NCBI GenBank assembly: GCA_019638525.1
Contig: JAHBTO010000008.1
Span: forward strand, 21,535 to 85,534
Direction of reading: 5' to 3'
DNA: 64,000 nucleotides
DNA from: Ferruginibacter sp.
GTDB taxonomy: Bacteria > Bacteroidota > Bacteroidia > Chitinophagales > Chitinophagaceae
Shown here: one piece after another, positions 37,514 to 46,857 of the stretch
Numbering within the stretch: the stretch's first letter is position 1
Layout of the letters: every line of letters begins with the position of its first letter
Program-made: the position numbers and the translations under genes
Notes under the pieces: model-generated
Told to the model about the DNA's origin: nothing
Databases searched by the model: none
What the model saw: the letters and a program-made list of their open reading frames with translations, nothing else

Positions 37514-38017
37514 ATGCTCTCCCTCATTGTTGCCGCCGCCGAAAATAATGTGATTGGTAAAAACAACCAGCTATTATGGCATTTACCTAACGACCTTAAA
37601 TTTTTTAAGAACACTACCTGGGGCATGCCCGTCATTATGGGCCGTAAAACTTTTGAATCGGTTAATAAGCCATTGCCCGGCAGGTTTAATTTTGTGATAA
37701 CCCGGCAACCCGGCTGGAAGGTAGAAGGGGTAACGGTTGCAGCAAACCTGCAGGATGCTTTAGCAAAAGCTGCAGCAACAAATTGCAAAGAAATTTTCAT
37801 TATTGGAGGCGGCGAAATTTACAAACAAGCAATAGAGATTGCCGATAAAATTATTATGACAAGGGTACATACTACACTAGACGGCGATACTTTTTTTCCT
37901 GAAATTGATGAAAAAAAATGGCAACTAATAACTAACCAGGATTTTGCTATAGATGATAAACATCAATATGCATATTCATTTCAAATATGGGAAAGGAGAG
38001 AGAAAGGCAAGAGGTAA
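37514..38017 (+). CDS. folA: dihydrofolate reductase
   Basis: LSLIVAAAENNVIGKNNQLLWHLPNDLKFFKNTTWGMPVIMGRKTFES is canonical DHFR. The thyA...folA neighbourhood supports the call. Confidence 0.93.
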   Translation: MLSLIVAAAENNVIGKNNQLLWHLPNDLKFFKNTTWGMPVIMGRKTFESVNKPLPGRFNFVITRQPGWKVEGVTVAANLQDALAKAAATNCKEIFIIGGGEIYKQAIEIADKIIMTRVHTTLDGDTFFPEIDEKKWQLITNQDFAIDDKHQYAYSFQIWERREKGKR

Positions 38018-38023
38018 AAATAA

Positions 38024-38114
38024 AAAGTCAAAAGTCAAAAATCAAAAATCAACATTCATCATCCAACATTCAACATTCATCATTCATCATTCAAAATTCA
38101 TAATTCAACATTCG
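38024..38114. repeat. 13-unit degenerate heptanucleotide array, same family and same strand as 26770-26888
   Basis: aaagtca x2, aaaatca x2, acattca, tcatcca, acattca x2, tcattca x2, aaattca, taattca, acattcg. It begins 6 nt after the folA stop and ends 10 nt before the next start. Confidence 0.9.
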
Positions 38115-38124
38115 CCATTAAAAA

Positions 38125-38922
38125 TTGTATTCCCGTTTTAAAATAGCAAAAAAATACATTCATTATTGGCTTACAGCATCCAATGGAAAAGGCCATGGCA
38201 TTCATTCACCTTTTGTATTTGATTTTATTAAGAATGTGCTAAACGATTCAACAAATTATCCCTGCTATCAATCTATTGAAGGCATACGAAAAAAAATGCT
38301 CGGCAATAAAAACATTATTGAAGTGGAAGATTTTGGCGCCGGTTCTTCTGTTATCAAAACAAAAAAACGCATGGTGAAAGATATTGCGGCGTCATCGCTC
38401 AAACCAAAAAAATATGCACAGCTTTTATATCGCATGGTAAAATACTATAAGCCCCAATCTGTAATTGAACTTGGTACTTCGTTTGGTATCAGCAGCGCTT
38501 ACCTTGCATCGGCAAATGAAAGTGCCGAAGTAAACACCTGCGAGGGCGATTCATCTATTGCATCAATAGCAAATAAAAATTTTGAAACGTTACATTTAAA
38601 AAATATCCAATTAATACAAGGCGATTTTGCAAAAACATTACCCCAACTCTTATCAAAATTAAAAGCTGTTGACTTTGCTTTCATTGATGGCAATCACCGC
38701 AAACTGCCAACTCTTGCGTACTTTAATCAACTTCTTGCATCATCAATTGCTACTACCATATTTGTTTTTGATGATGTACACTGGAGTAGCGAAATGGAAG
38801 ATGCCTGGGAACAAATCAAGAAGCATACTGCAACCACTTTAACCATCGACCTGTTTTTTATCGGCATCGTTTTTATCAACCCCAATTTTAAGATTCCTCA
38901 ACATTTTACAATACGGTTTTAA
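38125..38922 (+). CDS. class I SAM-dependent (O-)methyltransferase
   Basis: TTG start in the track. The SAM motif is VIELGTSFGISSAYLA, and FAFIDGNH follows, typical of family-3 O-methyltransferases. Confidence 0.75.
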   Translation: MYSRFKIAKKYIHYWLTASNGKGHGIHSPFVFDFIKNVLNDSTNYPCYQSIEGIRKKMLGNKNIIEVEDFGAGSSVIKTKKRMVKDIAASSLKPKKYAQLLYRMVKYYKPQSVIELGTSFGISSAYLASANESAEVNTCEGDSSIASIANKNFETLHLKNIQLIQGDFAKTLPQLLSKLKAVDFAFIDGNHRKLPTLAYFNQLLASSIATTIFVFDDVHWSSEMEDAWEQIKKHTATTLTIDLFFIGIVFINPNFKIPQHFTIRF

Positions 38923-39022
38923 TATCAATGTAAAACCAATATGTCCTCATTTAACCTTATCTATTTTTAATCATCATACTGCCATCCTTATTTTTTCCTA
39001 TCTTAGTTGCAATAATTGCATT

Positions 39023-40144
39023 ATGATAATTGGCGTTTTAAAAGAACCATCACCCGAAACAAGGGTTTCCTTACTTCCCGAACACATCAGCACTTTAAAA
39101 AAATGGAATGTTGAAGTTTTTATTGAAAGCGGCGCCGGCACCCGTGCATTTGCCAATGATGAAAAATATACTGAAGCCGGCGGCATTATTAAATCCCGTA
39201 TTGAAGTAATACAAAACAGTGATATTATATTGCTGATAAATACTCCACAGCAAACCGATATTGAAAATTTACAATCAAAAATTATGCTTGGTGTTTACCA
39301 ACCATTATACTATGCTGCGTTGATGAATGAATTTGCAAAAAAAGGGATAACTGTTTTTAGTATGGATATGCTGCCACGTACTACCCGTGCACAAAGTATG
39401 GATATCCTTAGCAGCCAGGCAAACATTGCCGGTTATAAAGCTGTGTTAACTGCGGCTAATCTTTTTCCAAAATATTTTCCCATGTTTATGACGGCTGCAG
39501 GAAGCATACCACCTGCAAAACTGTTGATATTGGGCGCCGGTGTGGCAGGCCTGCAAGCTATTGCAACAGGCAGAAGACTTGGCGCCGTAGTGGAAGTATT
39601 TGACACACGCCCTGCGGTAAAAGAAGAAGTGATGAGCCTTGGTGCTAAATTTATTGAAGTGGAAGGCGCCGCCGATGCAAGCCAGGCCGGTGGTTATGCG
39701 GTAGAACAAAGCGATGATTTTAAGCAACGGCAAAAAGCAAAAATTGCAGAGCGTATTGCACAAGTCGATATTGTTATCACTACTGCTCAAATACCCGGCA
39801 AAAAAGCACCCATACTGGTTACCACATCAATGATTGAAGCCATGAAAAACGGATCGGTGATTATTGATCTTGCCGCTGCCACAGGAGGTAATACCGAACT
39901 TACAAAAAATGATGAAACAGTTTTTCATAACGGGGTAAGCATTGTTGGTAATTCAAACCTTGCATCAACCATGCCAGGCGATGCAAGTAAGATGTATGGA
40001 AAAAATATCCTCAACTTTTTACAATTGGTGATAAGCAAAGAAGGTGTTTTTAATTTGAATTTTGAAGATGACCTTGTTGCAGGAACCTGCATAGTACATG
40101 ATGGAGCAATTAAAAATGAAAGAATAAAAGAATTGATAAAATAA
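39023..40144 (+). CDS. pntA: NAD(P) transhydrogenase subunit alpha, part 1 (dI)
   Basis: 373 aa. MIIGVLKEPSPETRVSLLPEH.. and the Rossmann motif LILGAGVAGLQAIATGRRLGA. Confidence 0.92.
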   Translation: MIIGVLKEPSPETRVSLLPEHISTLKKWNVEVFIESGAGTRAFANDEKYTEAGGIIKSRIEVIQNSDIILLINTPQQTDIENLQSKIMLGVYQPLYYAALMNEFAKKGITVFSMDMLPRTTRAQSMDILSSQANIAGYKAVLTAANLFPKYFPMFMTAAGSIPPAKLLILGAGVAGLQAIATGRRLGAVVEVFDTRPAVKEEVMSLGAKFIEVEGAADASQAGGYAVEQSDDFKQRQKAKIAERIAQVDIVITTAQIPGKKAPILVTTSMIEAMKNGSVIIDLAAATGGNTELTKNDETVFHNGVSIVGNSNLASTMPGDASKMYGKNILNFLQLVISKEGVFNLNFEDDLVAGTCIVHDGAIKNERIKELIK

Positions 40145-40149
40145 ATCTT

Positions 40150-40458
40150 ATGCAAAATTTATTAAACTGGGTGTCTGCCAATCAGCAAATCATTTACATA
40201 GTTATATTGATGATATTTGTTGGTATTGAAGTGATAGGCCGTGTGCCAAGCGTATTGCATACGCCGTTGATGAGCGGCGCTAATGCTATACACGGCGTGG
40301 TAATCATTGGCGCTATCATTGTAATGGGCAGGGCCGAAGCCGATAATTACCTGGCATTGATATTGGGTTTTGTGGCAGTGATTGTAGGCACTTTAAATGT
40401 GGTAGGTGGCTTTGTGGTTACCGACCGTATGCTGGAAATGTTCAGGAAGAAAAAATAA
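40150..40458 (+). CDS. NAD(P) transhydrogenase subunit alpha, part 2 (membrane dII-alpha)
   Basis: 102 aa with 3 TM helices. TPLMSGANAIHGVVIIGAI is typical PntAB. Confidence 0.9.
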   Translation: MQNLLNWVSANQQIIYIVILMIFVGIEVIGRVPSVLHTPLMSGANAIHGVVIIGAIIVMGRAEADNYLALILGFVAVIVGTLNVVGGFVVTDRMLEMFRKKK

Positions 40459-40532
40459 AAACACAAAATAAAATCCTGCAAGAACAAACAGGTATCTGCA
40501 TTTTTATATGTAGTACCAAATAAAAATTAAAG

Positions 40533-41951
40533 ATGGAACTGAACTTACTTACTATATGTTACCTCATCGGTAGTATTACTTTTATTATCGGGCTTAAGAT
40601 GCTATCTAACCCTGCCACTGCACGCAGGGGTAACCTTATTGCAGCCGCAGGTATGGCCATTGCTATCATTGGTACCATATTTTTATACCAAAGCGAAGGG
40701 CAAAAATTACATAATTACGGATGGATTTTTGGCGGCCTGCTCATTGGCGCTATCATTGGCACCCTTGCAGCAAAAAAAGTTAAGATGACTGCTATGCCCG
40801 AAATGGTAAGTATGTTTAATGGAATGGGTGGCGCCTGTGCTGCTTTAATTTCGCTGGTAGAGTTTAATCATTTATCAAAAGAAATGGCAAATGGCATAGT
40901 TACAACAGGCGCCGAACAGCCAACCGTATTGATCATTGTTTTAGGTTTAATCATCGGCTCGGTTTCATTTGCAGGCAGCATGATTGCATGGGGCAAACTA
41001 AACGGCACGATAAAAGATTTTAGTTTTGCCGGGCAAAATATTATTAACCTGCTCATACTTGCAGTTACATTGGCAGCAGGCGCTTATCTTGTATACAGTC
41101 CCATACATCCACAACTGCTGTATATTATTTTAGTACTTGCTTTACTGTACGGGGTACTTTTTGTAATGCCTATTGGTGGCGCCGATATGCCGGTTGTTAT
41201 ATCGCTGCTTAATTCATTTACCGGTGTGGCTGCTGCCTGCGGCGGATTTTTATACGATAACAAAGTGATGCTTACCGGCGGTATTTTAGTTGGAGCTGCG
41301 GGTACATTGCTTACCATTTTAATGTGCAAAGCCATGAATCGTTCTTTGATGAATGTGCTCATTGGCTCATTTGGTGCAAGCAAAAATACTGCTACACATG
41401 GCGGCAGCGGCGAGCAAGGGCAGGTAAAAGAGATAAGCATAAGCGATGCTGCTATGGTAATGAACTATGCAAACAAAGTGATGGTGGTGCCGGGCTATGG
41501 TTTGGCTGTGGCGCAGGCGCAGCATGTATGCCACGAGCTTGAAAAGATACTTGAAGAAAAAGGAGTGGAAGTAAAATATGCCATTCACCCGGTAGCAGGC
41601 CGTATGCCGGGCCACATGAATGTACTGTTAGCCGAAGCAGATGTGCCTTACGAAAAACTACTCGAAATGGAAGATGCAAACGAAGAATTTAAAACCTGCG
41701 ATGTAGTACTTATACTTGGCGCCAATGATGTGGTTAACCCGGCCGCAAAAAACGATCCTTCGTCGCCCATTTACGGAATGCCCATACTGGAAGTGGAACT
41801 TGCAAAAACTGTTATTGTAAATAAGCGAAGTATGAAACCCGGTTATGCCGGTATCGAAAATTCACTTTTCTTTCAGCCCAAAACATCAATGCTTTTTGGC
41901 GATGCAAAAAAAGTATTGCAGGATTTATGTGCCGAAGTAAAGATGCTGTGA
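40533..41951 (+). CDS. pntB: NAD(P) transhydrogenase subunit beta
   Basis: 472 aa. An N-terminal TM domain is followed by a dIII domain with VPGYGLAVAQAQH and HPVAGRMPGHMNVLLAEA. Confidence 0.92.
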   Translation: MELNLLTICYLIGSITFIIGLKMLSNPATARRGNLIAAAGMAIAIIGTIFLYQSEGQKLHNYGWIFGGLLIGAIIGTLAAKKVKMTAMPEMVSMFNGMGGACAALISLVEFNHLSKEMANGIVTTGAEQPTVLIIVLGLIIGSVSFAGSMIAWGKLNGTIKDFSFAGQNIINLLILAVTLAAGAYLVYSPIHPQLLYIILVLALLYGVLFVMPIGGADMPVVISLLNSFTGVAAACGGFLYDNKVMLTGGILVGAAGTLLTILMCKAMNRSLMNVLIGSFGASKNTATHGGSGEQGQVKEISISDAAMVMNYANKVMVVPGYGLAVAQAQHVCHELEKILEEKGVEVKYAIHPVAGRMPGHMNVLLAEADVPYEKLLEMEDANEEFKTCDVVLILGANDVVNPAAKNDPSSPIYGMPILEVELAKTVIVNKRSMKPGYAGIENSLFFQPKTSMLFGDAKKVLQDLCAEVKML

Positions 41952-42008
41952 TAAATGGCTTCCATTATTTTTCTCAATCCACTAACTTTATTGGTATAAA
42001 TTTTACTA

Positions 42009-43412
42009 TTGGATTTACCACCTGCACTGTTACAATCTTTACAAAATGTAAAAGGCTTTAATCAAGAAGCTTTTATACAAGTACATCAATCGGGCCAACA
42101 AATTACTTCCATAAGGCTCAACCCGGAAAAATTAAAAATTCAAAATTTAAAATTCAAAACAGAGGGACATGTTTTGTGGAGTTCACTTGGCTATTATTTA
42201 CCGTCAAGGCCATCTTTTACCCTCGATCCGCTTTTTCATGCAGGCGCCTATTATGTACAGGAAGCAAGCAGTATGTTTTTAGAAGAAGTCATTAAACAAA
42301 AAGTTGACCTTTCAAAACCCTTAAAAATATTAGACCTCTGTGCTGCGCCGGGCGGCAAATCTACTTTAATTCAATCCATCATTTCTAAAGAAAGTTTGCT
42401 GGTAAGTAACGAAGTGATAAAAACAAGGGTGAATATCTTATCAGAAAATATTACCAAATGGGGAGCTGCAAACGTAATTGTTACCAATAACGACCCGAAA
42501 GATTTTGAAAAACTAAAAAATTATTTTGATGTAATTGTGGTAGATGCTCCCTGCAGCGGCAGCGGGCTTTTTAGGAAAGACCCCAACGCTATTGGTGAAT
42601 GGAGCCAAGCCAATGTTGCATTGTGTGCACAGCGGCAGCAAAGAATTCTGGCTGATATACTTCCTTCACTAAAAGCAGGCGGCTGTTTGTTTTATTCTAC
42701 CTGTTCTTTTTCGCCGCAGGAAGATGAAGATGTGCTTGATTGGTTAATACATGAATTTTATACAGATGATAAAATTGCCACAATGGAGAGCTTGAGATTT
42801 ATGCTTGAAGATGATTGGGGAATTGTGGAAACGGTTTCTGATAAAACCAATGCGTATGGATACCGGTTTTACCCCGGTAAAGTTAAAGGGGAAGGTTTTT
42901 TTATTGCAGGGTTTAAAAAAGCGGATGTTGAAGATGGAGGCAGCCAAACTGCTCATCGCAACAAAAAAATTAAAAAAACATTTGAAAAACTCAGTAATAC
43001 TCAAATACTAATTGTACAACCATATCTTTTACATGCAAATGATTTTTTCTTCATTAAACAAAATGAAGATGTGCTGGCCATACCTATGCAGCTTGAAAAG
43101 GAACTGGAAACCTTACAACATATTTTATATATTAAAAAAGCCGGTATTAAACTGGGCACCATCATACGCAACGAACTGGTGCCGGCACACGAACTTGCAG
43201 TAAGCAATATCATTAACACAAATGTAAACCGATGTGAGGTTGATTTAGAAAATGCTTTGCAATATTTACGCAAACAGGAGTTAAAAATTGAATGTCCTTA
43301 CAATGGTTGGGTAATACTTACTTATAAAAATTTACCGTTAGGATGGATTAAAGTAATTGGCAATCGTATTAATAACTATTATCCATCTGCATGGCGTATC
43401 CTTAACAAATGA
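42009..43412 (+). CDS. rRNA cytosine-C5 methyltransferase, NOL1/NOP2/Sun (RsmF/RsmB-like)
   Basis: TTG start in the track. Motifs are FHAGAYYVQEASSM, LDLCAAPGGKST, VVDAPCSGSGLFRKDP (motif IV Cys) and LFYSTCSFSPQEDE (motif VI Cys). Confidence 0.85.
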   Translation: MDLPPALLQSLQNVKGFNQEAFIQVHQSGQQITSIRLNPEKLKIQNLKFKTEGHVLWSSLGYYLPSRPSFTLDPLFHAGAYYVQEASSMFLEEVIKQKVDLSKPLKILDLCAAPGGKSTLIQSIISKESLLVSNEVIKTRVNILSENITKWGAANVIVTNNDPKDFEKLKNYFDVIVVDAPCSGSGLFRKDPNAIGEWSQANVALCAQRQQRILADILPSLKAGGCLFYSTCSFSPQEDEDVLDWLIHEFYTDDKIATMESLRFMLEDDWGIVETVSDKTNAYGYRFYPGKVKGEGFFIAGFKKADVEDGGSQTAHRNKKIKKTFEKLSNTQILIVQPYLLHANDFFFIKQNEDVLAIPMQLEKELETLQHILYIKKAGIKLGTIIRNELVPAHELAVSNIINTNVNRCEVDLENALQYLRKQELKIECPYNGWVILTYKNLPLGWIKVIGNRINNYYPSAWRILNK

Positions 43413-43466
43413 TATAGAAAATAGCAAACAATTATTTCGTTTCTTTGCAACGATAAATTATACAGC

Positions 43467-44492
43467 ATGTATAAACTAATATTTTTATTCTTTTTAATTC
43501 CTGTATTTACAACTGCACAGGATAAAAAACTTTTTGTAGAAGGTGTATCGCCTCATCTTTATATAAATCATAAAGTACAGCCCAAAGAAAACTATTACAG
43601 TATTGGCAGGATTTACAACATTAGTCCAAGGGAAATTGCGCCATTTAATAAATTACAACTCGAAAACGGTTTATCGTTGGGGCAAATATTGAAGATACCT
43701 GTTGCCACAGCTTTTTTTCAAAGCGGTAGTGCCGATGCCGATGAAACTTTCATACCCGTTTATCATACATTGAAAGATAAGGAAACACTTTCACGGGTGG
43801 CAAAAGATTACAACAACCTGCCATTACAATCTTTAAAACAATGGAATAATATAAAAGGTGAGTCAGTTAAAAAAGGCAGCAACCTTATTATTGGTTATTT
43901 AAAAGTAAAGAAAGAATTATCGGCGCTTGCTAAAAACGGTATTGGGGCAACCATACCGGGAAATGAATTGGCCTCAACTCAAACACAGGTTAAAGATGTA
44001 CATGCTGATAAAATTCCAGAAAAGAATACAGAAAATGCAACAGCAACTGTAAAAACGCAGCAGCAACCCAATAAGGAAGAAACAACCCCTGCAAAAAAAG
44101 AAACTACAAAAAAACAAACTGAATCTGTACAAACAGTTGAGGCAAACAACAAACCTGCAAAACAAATAAAAGGCGGTACATTTAAACCTATGTACGAAAG
44201 CCAGGAAAAAACAGGTGAAATGGTGAAAGAAGAAGCTACTGCAGGTATTTTTAAAAGCACCAGTGGCTGGACCGATAAGAAATATTATTGCCTGCATAAT
44301 ACCGCAGCACCCGGTACCATCATAAAAATAACCAACCCTGCCAACAAAAAATTTGTTTTTGCTAAAGTATTAGATTTGATACCTGATATACAGCAAAACA
44401 ACAACCTATCAATAATTATAAGCAATGCTGCTGCCGATGAACTTGGCGCCACTGAAAACAACTTTAATTGTTTACTTAATTACTCAAAATAA
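43467..44492 (+). CDS. LysM-domain peptidoglycan-binding protein with C-terminal RlpA-like double-psi beta-barrel
   Basis: It has a signal peptide and two LysM-like segments (HKVQPKENYYSIGRIYNIS; YHTLKDKETLSRVAKDYN). A T/K/Q-rich linker follows. The C-terminus, CLHNTAAPGTIIKITNPANKKFVFAKVLDLIPD...ISNAAADELG, resembles RlpA DPBB. Confidence 0.72.
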   Translation: MYKLIFLFFLIPVFTTAQDKKLFVEGVSPHLYINHKVQPKENYYSIGRIYNISPREIAPFNKLQLENGLSLGQILKIPVATAFFQSGSADADETFIPVYHTLKDKETLSRVAKDYNNLPLQSLKQWNNIKGESVKKGSNLIIGYLKVKKELSALAKNGIGATIPGNELASTQTQVKDVHADKIPEKNTENATATVKTQQQPNKEETTPAKKETTKKQTESVQTVEANNKPAKQIKGGTFKPMYESQEKTGEMVKEEATAGIFKSTSGWTDKKYYCLHNTAAPGTIIKITNPANKKFVFAKVLDLIPDIQQNNNLSIIISNAAADELGATENNFNCLLNYSK

Positions 44493-44497
44493 CTTGT

Positions 44498-45754
44498 ATG
44501 AAAAAAAACTTTTTGTTTCTTGTACCTGCCAGCCTTTTTATGTTATCTGCATCGGCACAGGATAATGCCACTACCGCAAACAAGAATAAGGAAATGCCTG
44601 GATTTATTGTAGTAAAGCAGGCAGCAGCCACCCCGGTAAAAAATCAATCGGCTACCGGCACCTGTTGGAGTTTTTCAACAACGTCATTGGTAGAAAGCCA
44701 GGCTTTAAAAAGTAATCTTGGTGAATTTGATATCAGTGAGATGTTTACTGTACGCAATATTTACAAAGAAAAAGCAAGAAACTATATTTTAAGGCAGGGC
44801 CATGCGCAGTTTAGTGAAGGCGGGCTGGGGCATGATGTTATACGAGCAATTGCAACTTATGGCGCTATGCCAGAATCTGTTTATAGTGGATTAAAAGAAG
44901 GACAGTTTTTGCATAATCACAAAGAACTTATTGCAAATTTAAAAAAATACCTTGACGGTATGTTGCATCAAACACCTTTACCATTAAACTGGATGGATGG
45001 CTTTACACAAATTCTGGATGATGCACTGGGCAAGCCTCCCGCCGAGTTTGAATATAAAGGAGTAAAATATACGCCATTGAGTTTTGCAAAAAATGTATTG
45101 CAGTTTAATGCAAATGATTATGTAAATATCACTTCGTTTACTGACCATCCGTATTACGAACCCTTCATTATTCAGGTACCCGACAATTTTAGTAATGGCG
45201 CTTATATTAATTTACCGCTTGACGAAATGATACAGGTAACTAAAGATGCTTTAACTAAAGGTTACACCGTTTTATGGGATGCAGATGTTAGCAATAGCGG
45301 TTTCAAACAAAATAAAGGTGTTGCCTTGCTGGATGATACAAGTATCAACGCTTTTAAAAAAGTTACGTTGCATGGTATGAGGGATGCAAACAATGCTAAA
45401 AATAAAACCATGGATCCCGGAATTAAAAAGCAGATGGAACAGGCGGGTAATGTTGACGAAAATTCAATATTTGCCAATGGAGGACCAAAAGAAGTTAGCT
45501 GGGATGCAGATTTGCGACAGACCTTGTATGAAAAATTGATAACACAGGATGATCACCTTATGCATATCACCGGACTTGAAAAAGGAATGAATGGCGAAAA
45601 CTTTTTTAAAGTGAAAAATTCATGGGGCAATGTTGGCCCCGATAAAGGTTATATTCATGTATCGGAACCATATTTTGCAATTAACACCATTAGCCTGATA
45701 ATACCAAAGGCTGCCATCAGCGCTGCTATGCTGGAAAAGATGAAAGTGAGATAG
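44498..45754 (+). CDS. C1-family cysteine peptidase (aminopeptidase C / bleomycin-hydrolase-like)
   Basis: It has a signal peptide, the catalytic Cys context VKNQSATGTCWSFSTTS, and a later HLMHITG / KVKNSWG (His/Asn-Trp) region. Confidence 0.85.
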   Translation: MKKNFLFLVPASLFMLSASAQDNATTANKNKEMPGFIVVKQAAATPVKNQSATGTCWSFSTTSLVESQALKSNLGEFDISEMFTVRNIYKEKARNYILRQGHAQFSEGGLGHDVIRAIATYGAMPESVYSGLKEGQFLHNHKELIANLKKYLDGMLHQTPLPLNWMDGFTQILDDALGKPPAEFEYKGVKYTPLSFAKNVLQFNANDYVNITSFTDHPYYEPFIIQVPDNFSNGAYINLPLDEMIQVTKDALTKGYTVLWDADVSNSGFKQNKGVALLDDTSINAFKKVTLHGMRDANNAKNKTMDPGIKKQMEQAGNVDENSIFANGGPKEVSWDADLRQTLYEKLITQDDHLMHITGLEKGMNGENFFKVKNSWGNVGPDKGYIHVSEPYFAINTISLIIPKAAISAAMLEKMKVR

Positions 45755-45756
45755 TT

Positions 45757-45885
45757 TATTTTATAACCGCAGAGACGCAGAGACGCTGAGGCGCTAAGGT
45801 TTTGTTTTATAACCGCAGAGGCGGAAAGGCGCAGAGGTTTTGTTATATAACCGCTGAGGCGCAGAGACGCTAAGGTGCGGAGATA
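45757..45885. repeat. GC-rich nested direct repeat: three ~38-46-bp units, each TATAACCGC plus 3-4 octamers (WGAGRCGC)
   Basis: TATAACCGC occurs at 45762, 45808 and 45846. The octamers read agagacgc|agagacgc|tgaggcgc|taagg.. The repeat fills the convergent spacer between the C1 peptidase and fmt. Confidence 0.8.
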
Positions 45886-46854
45886 TTATTGTGCTGTAAA
45901 ACGATAGCCTCTTAAAAATTCATCAATAGCCATTTTCTTTTTTCCTTCCAGTTGAAGTTCTTTTATAGATACATAGCCATTGCTGCAGGCAAAATGTAAA
46001 AATGATTTATAGTCGGTTTCATATTGGCCGGCAGCAACCGCAGGTTTCATAAATTTTTTTTCGGTGGTAAAAATTTTTAATTTTTTACCATTTAAAAATG
46101 TAAAAGCAGTTGGATATGGAGAAAGCCCTCTAATTAAATTATGAACTTCATCAACCGTTTTACTCCAATCAATTTTACAGGTTTGGGTAAATATTTTGGG
46201 GGCATGTTTTAAAGAATTATGTTGAATGTTGGAGGTAAAATGCTGTGGGGTTTCACTAAGGCTGCCATCAGCTATACCTTTAATTGTTTTTACTAAAAGG
46301 TTAGCGCCAATTTCTTTCATGGTATCATGTACCGTGCCTGCAGTATCATTTTCGCCAATGGCAAAACTTTCCTGCATTAAAATATCGCCGGTATCTATTT
46401 CATGTTTTAGTTTAAAAGTGGTTACGCCGGTTTCTTTTTCGCCGTTAATAACTGCCCAGTTAATGGGTGCAGCGCCACGGTATTGCGGTAATAAACTTCC
46501 ATGAAGGTTTACCGACCCCATCGGTGGCATATTCCAAACAGCTTCGGGCAACATTCGAAATGCAACCACTACCTGCAAATCGGCTTTTAATAATTTTAAT
46601 TGTTCAATAAATTCGGGGTTCTTTAATTTTTCGGGTTGCAGCACAGGCAGGTTATTTTCAACCGCATATTTTTTTACGGCGCTTTGTTGTAATTGCATGC
46701 CACGGCCGGCGGGCTTATCTGCCGCAGTTATTACGGCAACAATTTTGCATCCTGCTTTTACCAATGCATCTAACGATGCAACGGCAAATTCAGGCGTACC
46801 CATAAACACTATCCTTAGGTCTGTATATTTCTTTAATCCGGTAGTGGGCATCAA
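45886..46854 (-). CDS. fmt: methionyl-tRNA formyltransferase
   Basis: RIVFMGTPEFAVASLDAL, NLHGSLLPQYRGAAPINWAVINGEKETGVTT. Confidence 0.93.
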   Translation of the reverse strand: MMPTTGLKKYTDLRIVFMGTPEFAVASLDALVKAGCKIVAVITAADKPAGRGMQLQQSAVKKYAVENNLPVLQPEKLKNPEFIEQLKLLKADLQVVVAFRMLPEAVWNMPPMGSVNLHGSLLPQYRGAAPINWAVINGEKETGVTTFKLKHEIDTGDILMQESFAIGENDTAGTVHDTMKEIGANLLVKTIKGIADGSLSETPQHFTSNIQHNSLKHAPKIFTQTCKIDWSKTVDEVHNLIRGLSPYPTAFTFLNGKKLKIFTTEKKFMKPAVAAGQYETDYKSFLHFACSNGYVSIKELQLEGKKKMAIDEFLRGYRFTAQ

Positions 46855-46857
46855 GCA

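Noticed and set aside
37953-38141. 62-aa + strand ORF overlapping the folA 3' end and the second heptamer array
   Set aside because: This is the same artefact. It is a translation of a period-7 repeat (KSKVKNQKSTFIIQHSTFIIHHSKFIIQHS) and overlaps a confident folA CDS.
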